A stretch of DNA of 50,209 nucleotides from Fonticula alba ATCC 38817 (lineage: Eukaryota > Protista > Nucleariida): assembly GCA_000388065.2 (NCBI GenBank), contig KB932202.1; one strand, 5' to 3'. Under the pieces are notes generated by a model. That model saw only the letters and a program-made list of their open reading frames with translations, was not told the origin of the DNA and made no database searches. Positions 11,754 to 23,209 of the stretch are shown here, piece after piece. A program made the translations under genes and the position numbers. How positions within the stretch are numbered: the first letter of the stretch is position 1; each line of letters opens with the position of its first letter.

Positions 11754-14700
11754 CGCGGCAGCCTAATCTACGAGGTTGAGGGGAGAAGGGGGTGACGGGC
11801 GGGCCGGTGGGCGAGGAGAGGAGAGGAGGGCATCCGTGGGGTTAGAAGGAACGCGAGACAGGGCCAGAGAGAGAGAGGGGGGGGGGGAAGGGGAGGAGGG
11901 AGCACAATAGGAAAGAGGATTGGACGTGCCGTCACACAGAGCAGAGAACGCCCAGGCGGAGGGGTGGGGAGAGGAGGAGGAGGGGGAGGGGGGGGGGGAG
12001 CGGGGAGCAGATCACCCGCCAGGGGATGCCGCGGCACTGGTTCTCGGGAAGGGAGGGAAGGACAGAAAGCGGAAGAGGGGGCGGGGGAGGAGAAAGAAAA
12101 GGTGAGGGAAGAGGGAGGGAGAGCTGCTTTGGCGATGCGGATGTCCCCGTCCAGGGAGGGCCTATATCCGAGGGGTGTCCCCTAAAAAGGGCCTCGCCAA
12201 GGGGAGCGCCGAGGGGGCCCAGCGGGGCGGGGCCCCGAGCGGACGAGGAAGATCAAGGGACGGGGTCGGCCCTTGAGCGGGGGGCGGGGGCGGGGGCGGG
12301 GGGAGGGGGGAACGGGGGCCCTAGGCCGGGAGCCAGGGGACCGTCACGCCGGGGGTTGGGTCTTTGTCTGCCTCCCTCGCCGCCTCGCGCACGTTCTGTG
12401 CGTGTGTGTGTGTGTCTCTCTCTCTCTCTCTTTCTCTCGGTGACTGTTCCCTGCTCGCCCGGGCCGGGCGGCTTGCCCGGCGGGTCCCGGGTCGGCACCG
12501 GGCGTGAGGACATGGACGCGCACAGGAGCGGCATGCGCGCGCGCGCGCGCGCGCGCGCGCGCGAACAACGCACGCCACCGCCAGCGGTCTCTGGGAAATT
12601 GAGGCCAGCTCGCCGCCAAACGGGGGGTTATAGGTGTGTCTCCCGCCCCCGGCCGCGGAGGCCGTTATTGTGTCCTCCTCCCCGCCCGGCGTTGCTGCCT
12701 TCGGACGAGGGGGCACGAAACCAAGGGCGAAGCCGAGCAAGCCGCACAGTGCGCCCGGGGCCCGGCCAGATCTCTCCCCGAGCGTCATCGTTGTGGCGCT
12801 GTCGCGGGCGCACACCACTCGCTTGGCCTTCAGGCGGGCCCCCTTCGTTTCATCGAAGGAAAATGAGAACCCAGCGCGGGCAGCAGACTCCGGGGCGGGG
12901 GAGGCATAGCAGGAGCCGGACCCCCGGAGGTCTCCACCGGACGGGGGGGGGGGGGGGCCGGGAAAATGAAAACACAGCCCCTCACCGGGGAACAAAAGAG
13001 CGACAGAGAGAGAGAGAGAGAGAGGATCCGCTGCCTGGGTGGTAGCGGAGAGTTCGATGCGTCCTGGACCGCCGAAGGGTGCCCCGACGTCCCGGGCGTT
13101 TCATACGCCCGCAATCCCGGCCCTTGTCCCCCCGCCCCCCGGCCCGCCGTAAGCATGCGCGGGCCCAGCGGGCCCCGCCAGCACACATTCCCCCGAGAAG
13201 GCCAGGCAGAGCCCCCGTGCTCCGGGCGCCAGGGCAAAGGGGCTCCCATGAGCTTATAGTGTAATTTCACGCCCCGGGATGCCCGCAGGTCTGTTTGTGT
13301 ATGTTTGTCTGTGTGTGTGTGTGTGTGTATGTTGTTGCCCGAAACAGGCCGGACGCACCTCCTCCTCCCCCGGCCCAGTCTTCACGGAAGAGAGGACGTG
13401 TATGAGCCCTATCCTCCGGCGGGGGGGGGCGGGGGTGATGGGAGCCCTGGCGCCACGGCCGGGGATGCGAAGTGCTCTCTTCCTCCCATGCTCGGTGGCC
13501 ACACCGCTGGGGGCCGCACATTCGTGCACGAACTCCTGCATGCTCATGCTCATGCCTGTGCGCCGTCGAGGGGCCGGGGGCGGGCAGGGGGACAAGAGGG
13601 GGGCCCCACACACACACACACACACCGGGACCCGAGCCACACATCGGCGGAACCGGAGGCGACCAATCCCAGGTGTCCCGGAAATGTGGCATCCGCACTA
13701 GTGGCAGTCCGGGGCCCTGCCCCCGGCCGGCGTGGCCCGGGGTACACACTTGGCCGTCGAGCCGCCCGGCCAAATGCATAAATTTATGCTCCTCCCCCTG
13801 AATGCGGAAATCATCATGGACCCCGTATTAGTTAATGGTGACTTAGCTCAGAGGAGAATGACCGCCTCCACGAGGGGCACCGGGGGCAAGAGGCGGATCG
13901 GGGCTGAGGGGGGGGGGGGGCGGGAGACAGAGAACAAAGAGGATCGGACCGCGGGCCGCCCAGCGGTGCCCCACCCCGCTCCTCCCTCTCGTCGCCCCCG
14001 CATCTGGCAAGCTGGGGTTGCCCTGAAGACAACAACACTGGCAGTACTTGCCCCTGCGAACGCGCCCGGGCAAGCACCTGGGCGCGCCTGCCATCGGACA
14101 CCTCGGGTGCCCCCCCCCCCCCCCGCCGCCGCGGGGGGAGGGCGCCCCCGCGGGGCGCGCCCTGGACCAGACCTACATGTCGGCCGGCGGCTCGACCAAT
14201 CCCCGAGCCGGACGCCACACGGGCAAAAAAAACGGAGTGAGAGCCAAAGCGAGTGTGATGGCGGGGGGGGGGTGGATGTGTGCGGCCCCGCCATCGGTCG
14301 ACAACTGGGTGCCGCCTGCGTTAGGCGCGAGTCGGTGCCCGTTGGGTCACATTGTCCCCCCCCCCCGCACGCCCGGCCGACCGTACTGGCCAGCAGCATT
14401 CTCCACCGAAGGCCCGTGGAAAAGGACATGAATGCACGGCGAGTGCCCGGGACTCGGGGCATCTTCACGCGCGGCCGCGCACTCCCGGCCCTCTCAAAAG
14501 CCGGCTCCTCTTCGCCCAGGACAGCCGAGAACAGAGGTGCGCACCTCGAGCCGGCCCGTGGGTCAGCGCGTGTATGACGCTCCCGCCCGGGGAGCGAGGG
14601 GGCGGGGCGAATAGCGGAATTTCCTCGCACCCGCACGGCTTGGCGCAAGGACAGGGGACACCTGCACCAATAAATGAGTCTGCCTCAAAGGGGGAAGGGG

Positions 14701-15778
14701 GCGCCAGTGAGCAGGAAGCCGGGCGAGCAGACGTGTATCCCCTAGTAACACCACCCGGGCAAGGAATGCACCCCACCTCCGCCCGCCCCCCCTGGCCGTC
14801 CACCGCCCCCGCACCCAGATGAATGAGGCCCGAGAGCNNNNNNNNNNNNNNNNNNNNNNNNNNNNNNNNNNNNNNNNNNNNNNNNNNNNNNNNNNNNNNN
14901 NNNNNNNNNNNNNNNNNNNNNNNNNNNNNNNNNNNNNNNNNNNNNNNNNNNNNNNNNNNNNNNNNNNNNNNNNNNNNNNNNNNNNNNNNNNNNNNNNNNN
15001 NNNNNNNNNNNNNNNNNNNNNNNNNNNNNNNNNNNNNNNNNNNNNNNNNNNNNNNNNNNNNNNNNNNNNNNNNNNNNNNNNNNNNNNNNNNNNNNNNNNN
15101 NNNNNNNNNNNNNNNNNNNNNNNNNNNNNNNNNNNNNNNNNNNNNNNNNNNNNNNNNNNNNNNNNNNNNNNNNNNNNNNNNNNNNNNNNNNNNNNNNNNN
15201 NNCCCACCCCCCACCCCCCCCACAATGCTTTACACGGCAAAAGCAAGGCGCCAATATCGTGCTTTTCGAGTTGTATATTCTCACAGCAGGGCGAAACGAG
15301 GGGCAATCCAGCGGCGACCTCCAGAAGAATGCCCCCCTCCACCTCGACTTGAGGGCATAGAGTGAAGGCTGGGCGCGGAGCGGGGAGGAGGGGGGGAAGG
15401 GGAAGAGGCAAAGTTGCCCGAATGCATGTGCATCTGGAAAAAAAAGGACAGACGCTTGTTATAAGAAAGCAACAACAAGCACCCTCCCATTTTGCCACGC
15501 GCATCCCCGCATCGGGCCATATCTTTGCCCTCCCCTCTCTCCTCCCCCTGGCCGCTCGCCGCTCGCCTCCTCCTCGTCCCTCAAAATCGGGGCGCGAAGG
15601 GTCAAACATCACGGGGCTCATACACACACAAGGAGGCGGGGACGGATGTTCCGGCTTTGCATGGAGACGCGCACATACACACGCATGTGCGTGGCCTCTC
15701 CCGCCGCCCGCGAGACACCCAGCCGACACCTGCCCGCTCGCGCGCAGCACACACAGGAGAAGTCGCGCTTGGTGGAGC

Positions 15779-18233
15779 TTACTTCTTCTCCATGGCCGCG
15801 ATCATGTCGATCAGCGGGCGGACCGGGCGACCGGTCATCCCGGCAACATGGTAGCCGGCGGTCTTGCCCGAGTGCATGACACCAGCAATGTCGAAGTGAG
15901 CCCAGGGCATGTCCTCATCGACGAAAGCCTCCAGGAAGGCGGCCGCAGTGCAGGACCCAGCCGACCGGGTGGCGGTGGAGTTGATCAGATCCGCCACCGA
16001 GGCCTTGACCGCCTCGCGGTAGTCGTCCAGAATGGGCATACGCCACAGGAGATCCTGCGTAGCACGGCCATGCTTGTCGATGCGCTGCCACAGGTCGTCA
16101 TTCTTGCAGAAGACACCGGTGCAGCCGAACCCGAGGGCCACATCCATGGCACCGGTCAGGGTGGCGAAGTTCATGATCATCGACGGCTTGAAGGTCTTGG
16201 CGTAGTCCAGGGCGTCGCAAAGGATCAGGCGACCCTCGGCATCGGTGTTGTCCACCTCGATGGTGGTGCCACTGCGAGCGACCACCACATCACCGGGCTT
16301 GGTGGCACGACCGCTGGGCATGTTCTCGCACAGGGGGATCAGACCCACGACGTGGGTCTTGACGCCGAGCTGCGCCAGGCCGGCGATGGTCGACAGGACC
16401 ACCGACGCGCCACCCATGTCGCCCTTCATCATGCCCATGCCGGAGGACGGCTTGATGGAGATACCACCCGAGTCGAAGGTGACACCCTTGCCGACCAGGA
16501 CAACCGGGCCCTCGGGGCGCTCGGCGGTCTTGTACTCGACCTCCACAAAGGCCGGAGGCTGGTCGGTGCCTGTGGATGAAGATGCAGGTACACGCGTGCG
16601 TGCGTGCGCGCGCGCGCGCGCGCGGGGGGAGGGGAGGGGGCAACACCATTGACAGGAGCCCGGGAAAGGGAGCAGCCAGCCAACAATCGCGGAGCAGGAG
16701 GCCAGGAGGGAGTCAGGATGGGTGTGGAGTTCAGTGGAGGCCCAGGACCTTTGGGGCCCGGGATTGGGGCGGGGCTTTTTTTTTTTTTGGGTGTGTGCCT
16801 TGCTTTTTCTGGGCAACTGGGCAGCCGGCATCCGAAAAAGCTGATGACACACGTACCGTTGGTCACCGACAGGAAGGAGCCCATCTTCTGCTCCTCGATC
16901 CACTTGCGGTCACGCACAGTCACCTTGAGCCCGTCGGCAGTCAGCAGGCGCTGGGCCTCCTGGCCGAAGATGGTGGGGGTCATGTCATTGGCCGGGATGT
17001 TCATCAGGTCGCGGGCCATGTTCTGGTAGCGCGCGTAGATGGTGCCACGCTCGAAGGAGGAGGCACACTCCTGGTTGAGGGAGCCCTCATAGAGCAGACC
17101 AATGGCCTCGACCTCCTTCTTCTTGTCGGCATCCTCGGGCTTCTGGGACTTGTAGTGGTCGAACTTGTAAAGACCCAGGGCGGCACCCTCGGCCAGGGGC
17201 TGGAAGTCGGCCGAGCCACGGACGGAGCCGAACACCACATGGTCGGCACCGCTGTCACGGAGGCTCCGCGCCGCGAGGGCAGACTGAAGCACCGGCAGAT
17301 GGACCACGGCCAGCCGGGCGGCGCGGCAGCGAGCCAAAGTGGCAGGACAGAAGCATCATGGGATCCGGATCCGAGGGGGGGGGGGGGGGGGGGGGGAGCA
17401 AAGGGCTGCCGCAGGATCAAGGGGGCAAAAGGCCAAGCTGGGAGAAGGAACACGCACGGCCTTGCGCAGGGAGTCGCAGGACTTCTGGGCCTCGGTGGTG
17501 CCGCAGGCCGCCTCGGGGAAGGGCTTGCCCAGACCGACGACCGCCACGCGGGGCAGGGTCTTGTCCAGACCATAGAGGATGCTCACATGGTTGGCCTTGC
17601 CAGTGTGACCGGTGGCCTCGAGCTGGGACTTGAAGGCGCCGTTGGTGAACTTGTCGATGGACTCGAGCAGGTTGCTGTTCGGAAAGACCCGCACACACGG
17701 CAAGGGGGAGGAGGAGGAGGGACGCAAGGGGATGGTCAGAGAGGCAGAGAGAGAGAGAGAGAGAGAGGCAGAGAGAGAGAGAGAGAGAGGGNNNNNNNNN
17801 NNNNNNNNNNNNNNNNNNNNNNNNNNNNNNNNNNNNNNNNNNNNNNNNNNNNNNNNNNNNNNNNNNNNNNNNNNNNNNNNNNNNGGGCGGGACCACTGTT
17901 CACATGGGTTTTCGACCGAATGACCGAGAAAAATGGAGGAGTCGCCGGATGATCGAACGCCGCAGAGGAGGACAAACAGACGTACCCGCTGTAGGAAAAG
18001 CCCTCGAAGATCGGGACAACAAGGCCTGCATGTCGAAGGGCGGGGGGAGGAGCGGAAGAGGAGCAGGAGGAGGGGATGCAAACACAAACCGGAGTGAGTC
18101 ACGGGGCAAGCCGGCCGAGTCCATGCCAGGGCGCGCTTGTGCGGCGACACGTACCGCTGATCTGGTCGCCCATCTTGGCATGGCGAACAGCCAGGGCGCT
18201 GTTCTTGGACAGAATAGAAGAGGCACGCATCAT
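15779..18233 (-). CDS. LAP3: Leucyl aminopeptidase, peptidase family M17 (LAP3-like), with a predicted mitochondrial presequence
   Basis: Exons 18155-18233, 17986-18025, 17458-17674, 16857-17283 and 15779-16569 are frame-consistent. A small exon could be hidden in gap 17792-17884. M17 metal-site motifs VGKGVTFDSGGISIK, MKGDMGG and NTDAEGRL are intact. Confidence 0.95.
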
Positions 18234-19117
18234 CAGGAGAGGGGGTGTGTGAGGGGGAAACACGGGAAGGGGGAGGACGCTGCAGGAATGCGGCGGCGAT
18301 CGATCAATCTATCTTGCTCTCTCTCAACAGGGGGGGGGGGGTATCTTGGCCTTTCCAGAGGCCGCCCCGGCTCGGGCGGCTCTTTAATGCCGCCGGCCCA
18401 CAGGCAGCGACCGACCCGGCGAAGGGAGAAAGTCCGCCTGGCCTCCACCTGTCAGGGAACTCCCTCGAAGTCAGCTCCCCCCCCCCCCCCCCCNNNNNNN
18501 NNNNNNNNNNNNNNNNNNNNNNNNNNNNNNNNNNNNNNNNNNNNNNNNNNNNNNNNNNNNNNNNNNNNNNNNNNNNNNNNNNNNNNNNNNNNNAACACAG
18601 GCACATCGCCTCCGAGCGGGATTCAAATCCCGATGCCGCCAACAGTGTGACACATGTTGAGGCGGAGACAAGTCGTCCCTCACCCCGGGGCCGGTTGACT
18701 GGTCTCCCGCCAGGCCGGTGTCTAGGCACTAGAGCCGCCGCCCTCACGCGGAGAACCGTCCAGAGCCCCACCTCCCAAGGGGCCCAATGACACGGCTTCG
18801 ATCTGTCAGAGGCCATGAACCGAATCCCGCCTCGAGTCACCAGCCCGCGTAATTGCAATTCCGGGATCACATTCTGCACTTGACCAGCCGGCTGAGCTTG
18901 GCGTGATATGCCCCGTCGGTTTACAACAACAGCCAACGCATGACCGTTGCCTGCGCGGCCTTCTTTTCGGCCAGGGTGCCGGGCCCCAACGACCGGAGCG
19001 TGCCGGGCACCACGCTCCTGCTTTCCCCCTCCCTCCTCCCTCCCTGGTCCTCTCCCCCTCCCTCCTCCCTCCCCCCGCCCCCCGCCCCCCGCCCCCCTAT
19101 TTTCCTCTCTGCGAGAC
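18234..19117. promoter_or_regulatory. Divergent (head-to-head) intergenic region between LAP and TAF9
   Basis: Start codons point away from each other 884 bp apart; includes gap 18494-18593. No specific element identified. Confidence 0.5.
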
Positions 19118-20179
19118 ATGTCCTCGGCTATCTCGCAATCGGCTACGGCCGCAGCGGCCACAGCTGCCGCCGGGGTTGCCGCTGGCAGCGGTGTCATCAG
19201 CGCCCCACAGGAGCCCCGGACTTCGCGTATGATCGCGGTTCTGCTCCAGTCAATGGGCGTTGACGAAGTGGAGCCACGCGTCATCCACCAGCTGACGGAG
19301 CTCCTTCACCGTGCGCCCCGCCGCCGCCTCGCTTGCCGCCCTTCTTTCCTTCTCTCCCTTCTCCCCTCCCTCGCCCCAGCCCCCTCTGACCCATCTGTGC
19401 TCATGTCCCCCAGGCATGACCGGCGAACTGCTGGAGGAGGCCCGCGAGTGCGCTCTACATGCTGGCCGGGCTGCCGTCAATGTTTCCGATCTGCGCCTGG
19501 CGTCCGACGCGCGAACCGGCGTCCAGTTTGTTTCTCCCCCCTCGACGGATGTACGCTGCCCCCCTGGCACACGCCCCTGTTTACTTCACTCCGCGCGTGT
19601 GTTTGGCCCCTGACTGCGACTGACCCATTTCGCGCGCAGGTACTCATGCGGATAGCTGCCTCGGTCAACCGTCGCGAAATCCCCGCCCCCCGGAGGGACC
19701 GCAACCGCGTGCGCCTCCCCGACGAGGCCTTTTGCCTGACGATGCCCAGCTACGAGCTTCACTACGTACGTGTCCACTCTCTTCCCATGCCATGGCGCTC
19801 TGTTGCCCTCCTTCTCACGCGCACCCTCTCTCCCCCCGCGAAAAAAAAACAACAACCCTCCCCCTGCCTCGCCCTCCCCCCGCAGGAGGAACCCAAGGAG
19901 AGTGCCGCCCCCGCGTCCAGTGCGGATCTCCATTCGGTTGGTGGTGGTCCCGCATCCACGGCGCCGGTCACCCTGTCGGCGGTGCCAATTATCCTGCGCC
20001 CGGTGGCCGCCGGCGAGCCGGCCACCAAGCGTGCCCGGTCGGATGACCTGGCCACCACCTCGACCGCCCCGGCCGTGGGCATCTCCCTCGGGGTGCCGGC
20101 CGCCGCGGCCCCGGGTCCAGCATCCACCCGGGCCGTGGACGACGATCTGGATGACGATCTGGACGACGACTTTGATTGA
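19118..20179 (+). CDS. TAF9: TFIID/SAGA subunit TAF9 (histone fold), 249 aa
   Basis: Exons 19118-19310, 19414-19550, 19640-19765 and 19886-20179. Spliced product ..PRTSRMIAVLLQSMGVDEVEPRVIHQLTELLHRMTGELLEEARECALHAGR..VSDLRLA..VNRREIP..RLPDEAFCLTMPSY matches the TAF9 histone fold and conserved C-terminal block. Ends in an acidic tail. Confidence 0.88.
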   Translation: MSSAISQSATAAAATAAAGVAAGSGVISAPQEPRTSRMIAVLLQSMGVDEVEPRVIHQLTELLHRAPRRRLACRPSFLLSLLPSLAPAPSDPSVLMSPRHDRRTAGGGPRVRSTCWPGCRQCFRSAPGVRRANRRPVCFSPLDGCTLPPWHTPLFTSLRACVWPLTATDPFRAQVLMRIAASVNRREIPAPRRDRNRVRLPDEAFCLTMPSYELHYVRVHSLPMPWRSVALLLTRTLSPPAKKKQQPSPCLALPPQEEPKESAAPASSADLHSVGGGPASTAPVTLSAVPIILRPVAAGEPATKRARSDDLATTSTAPAVGISLGVPAAAAPGPASTRAVDDDLDDDLDDDFD

Positions 20180-20207
20180 TGGGTCTACTCTCTGCCGCCC
20201 CTCCGGG

Positions 20208-20242
<35 letters not shown>

Positions 20243-20332
20243 GCATGCGCGGGTGGCCACCCGCGGATCCCATGGGGCAAGACCCCGCCACAAATGTTCC
20301 AATATAAAGTACACAAATCTCGCAAAGGTCCA

Positions 20333-21688
20333 TTAGTTCCCGTGGAGTGGCCCACCCGGCTGGGAGCCCCTCTCACCCTCGGACTTGACCGCCTCCTGTC
20401 GGGGGAGATTCACCAAGATTGGCCAGACATCACCATCTGACAGACGGACGACAAGCGCGAAGCGCCGGAACCCATCAAACAATGCGCCAGTCATCCCCTC
20501 GCGATAGATGTCTCGAATGTGATACAGAGGCGACTTGTCGGGGAGGGCATAAAACCGAGCGAGATCGTGCGCCGGCACAAGCTGTGATGCCCCCCCCGGC
20601 TGGGTCGGGGGGTGTTCGTCCTTCGCATGCTGGGAAGGCATGACACTGGACCCCGCGAAGGGGGAGGCCCCGAGTTGCTGGTTGTCGGGTCTGCTGTGTG
20701 TGGCAGGACCACCAGCCCCCGGACCATCGCCACTGGCACCATGGCCGACATCCTCCTCGTGAAGGTCGGACGAGCGAAACCGAGAGAGAGTGGATGCATC
20801 GAAGTGCAAGCCCTCGCGGCGGGTGGTGCTTTTCCCGAGAAAGTGCAAGACCTTCGGCTGGTGCGTTTGCGGGGCATGCACCGTTTGCTGGAGACTTGTG
20901 CCACGCGGTCGCAGGACAAACAGAACGTCGAAAAAGGCCGAGAAGATTTGATCCTCGGGGCTGTACTGGTAGGAGAACTGCAGCCGGCAAATGGGGAGGC
21001 AGATGCCGACGGGGCACTTCCGGATGTGAGAAGCGACTCGCCAACGGAACAGGAGGAGGACGATGGGAGAGAAGGGGGTGGGGGGTGGGGAGGGGGAGAA
21101 TGGCGGCAGCTATTCACAGGCGTACGTGCTCGATGCTGGTGGACCAGTTCTCCGAGCCCAAGGTCGAATCAACCAGGCTTGATGCTTCCGAAATTGACAA
21201 CGGTGCGCCAGGAGGTGGGCCCTCCTTCCAAGTGACATCCGGGTAGGGAGATACCTGGCGGGGAATTGGGCAGCATCAGCAAGGGGGAGAAACGGAAGGG
21301 ACCCCATGGGGTGTGATCCAGCTGGGAGGTGAGAAGAAAAGGAAACCAGGCGGAAGACCAGGAGCAAGGCAGGGGAGCAAGAGAGCGGGGCACATGGAAG
21401 ACGCACCACGAAAAAGCGCTCGTCCGGCAGGAGGAAGTAGAAATCCACGCCACGGAGCTCCAGCTGGCGGAGCAACTTCCACACGCTGATCCTGCTGAAA
21501 AAGCGCACAAAGGCAATCCGAGCATCGACGAAGAAGCGGAGCCGATAAATCGGGCCAAACTGAAGGAGGATGCTTCGCAGGGCATCCACAGTCATGCCGG
21601 CTGGCAGGAAGGTCAGCCGCAGGCAGTAGTCCGCGGAATTCGGGGGAACACGCATGAGGATGGGCTCCGCCGGGGGGCACATGTGCAT
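20333..21688 (-). CDS. RDM1-like protein (RRM plus RAD52-motif); start codon uncertain (21688/21682, or an upstream in-frame Met)
   Basis: Exons 21407-21688, 21126-21254 and 20333-20977, all phase 0, about 351 aa. RRM: LRSILLQFGPIYRLRFFVDARIAFVRFFSRISV. RD-like motif LSISEASSLVDSTLGSENWSTSI. C-terminal block GALFDGFRRFALVVRLSDGDV. The order and pattern resemble vertebrate RAD52-motif protein RDM1 as I recall it. Unrelated to plant RDM1. Confidence 0.68.
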
Positions 21689-23209
21689 CAGCCGCGAGAA
21701 TTCCTCGCGCGCGGTGGTCTCCTCGCGCCGGGTTTGCGAGGGAGGCAGCCCTTGCGACGTGCGCCAGTCGGCGGATCGCCGGGCAATAGCCCGGGGGCGC
21801 GAGGCAACATGAGACATCAGCGGCGAGTGGGATGGGGACAGGGGGAGGGCAGGAGGAAAGACGCTCGGAAAGTGAGGGACTCCCATGCAGGGGGGGGGGG
21901 AGGAGGATTTGGCTTGCCGGTGGAGGTGGGGCAAGCCTCGGTCAGGGCGTGTCCAGGGCCACGGCATTTTAGTATTTCCCTCTTTCAGGAGCCGGGGGGA
22001 CGGGGCCAAGTCCACACATCAACCAACCACCGCCGGGCCGGATCACGATCGGGGGCTGGTCGCGGCGGGAAAAGCCGGGCCCAGACAGCACGATCGCCGA
22101 TCCAGATTGGCGTGGCCGCCGAAAAACAGCATCCCGAAAATCGTAGCGCCACATCCATACCACATACCAACGCCAGGTGGCGCCATTCATCCGGTGTGTT
22201 AGTAATGGTGTTCTTTATGTCACGTGTTACCGGATTGTGGACTCACTCGCTGCTGGGCAGGGGCCCGCAAGTTCCTGCTCCCCACTAGTGACGGGGTAGT
22301 CAGGACGTGGTGGGGGGGGGGGGCAACACGGTCTCAAGGCGAGGGCCAAGTTGGATTATTTAATCATAAAAGACCTTTGGCCACGGGCCCGGGCAGGAGG
22401 CCCAGCGTCTGCCGTGCATGCGCCCCTCTCCCGGGGGGTCACACACATGTCCACGGGTATCCTCCGTACGAGCGCCGGCCCCCGCGGCGGGGGGGGGGGG
22501 GGATCAGAGAAAATGCTCGGAGGGACAAAAAAAGACCTCCCAGGCATGCGACCAAGCACCACCGTCAAGCCAACAATCAGGATGCGAGACCGGGGACGAA
22601 CAGCCTCCCCCTGGGGAGTGGGGGGGGGGGGGGGAGGCGCGGGGGCCAAGTTGACGGTTGACATTACACCCCATCCGATTCAAGACATCCCCCCAATCGG
22701 CGGATCAAAATATCCGCTTTATTTTGACCGGAGTTTCGCTTGCAAATGCTTGCGGCCCGCTGTCTGGTCTAGATGATTCTCCAGCTGCACGGAGCTGAGA
22801 TCAGCCTGACGCGGGCCCGTCTCATCCGGTGCCAGGGGCGGAGTGTGGCATCCCCCGTGTCAAGGCAGCCGCTCGGAGGGGCTGGGGGGGGGGGGGGGGG
22901 GGCAGGGGGAGGCAGTCCATCCTCCTGGCTTGCCGAGGAGGGCGGGCGACGCTCCCATCCCCCGCCATTGACCACCTGCCCTGGCACCCCGGTCCTCTCT
23001 GGCGCCCCCTCAACCTACCCATCGCGTGGGGGGACAGGGGTGCATGTGTATATGGCTGGTGTGGCGCGAGACTTGCCCCCGGGGAGGTTCTTGTTGCCGC
23101 GCCCCGGCTCGGGTCTTCCCCGGATGCCGCCAGATAGAAACCCGTTTCTTCACCTCTGCTCTTTGCCCCCCCCTCCCCTTCCCAACACACACACACACTT
23201 CTCTCCACC

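Noticed and set aside
13837-13910. tRNA-like start GGTGACTTAGCTCAG
   Set aside because: It resembles an A-box only. There is no D-stem partner, no TTC B-box and no acceptor-stem pairing.
12026-14837. Many 100-340 aa Arg/Gly/Pro-rich ORFs upstream of PAK (similar ones at 47540-49900)
   Set aside because: They overlap on both strands, cross microsatellites and homopolymers, and have no motifs, as expected for stop-poor GC-rich non-coding DNA.
17986-17988. Apparent 3-nt micro-exon (CAG|CGG|GTACGT) in the LAP gene
   Set aside because: A 40-nt exon (17986-18025, GLVVPIFEGFSYSG) fits frame and homology better.
18947-20179. 410-aa single ORF spanning TAF9
   Set aside because: Read-through of introns whose lengths (103+89 nt, and 120 nt) happen to restore frame. 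The spliced model restores the histone fold.
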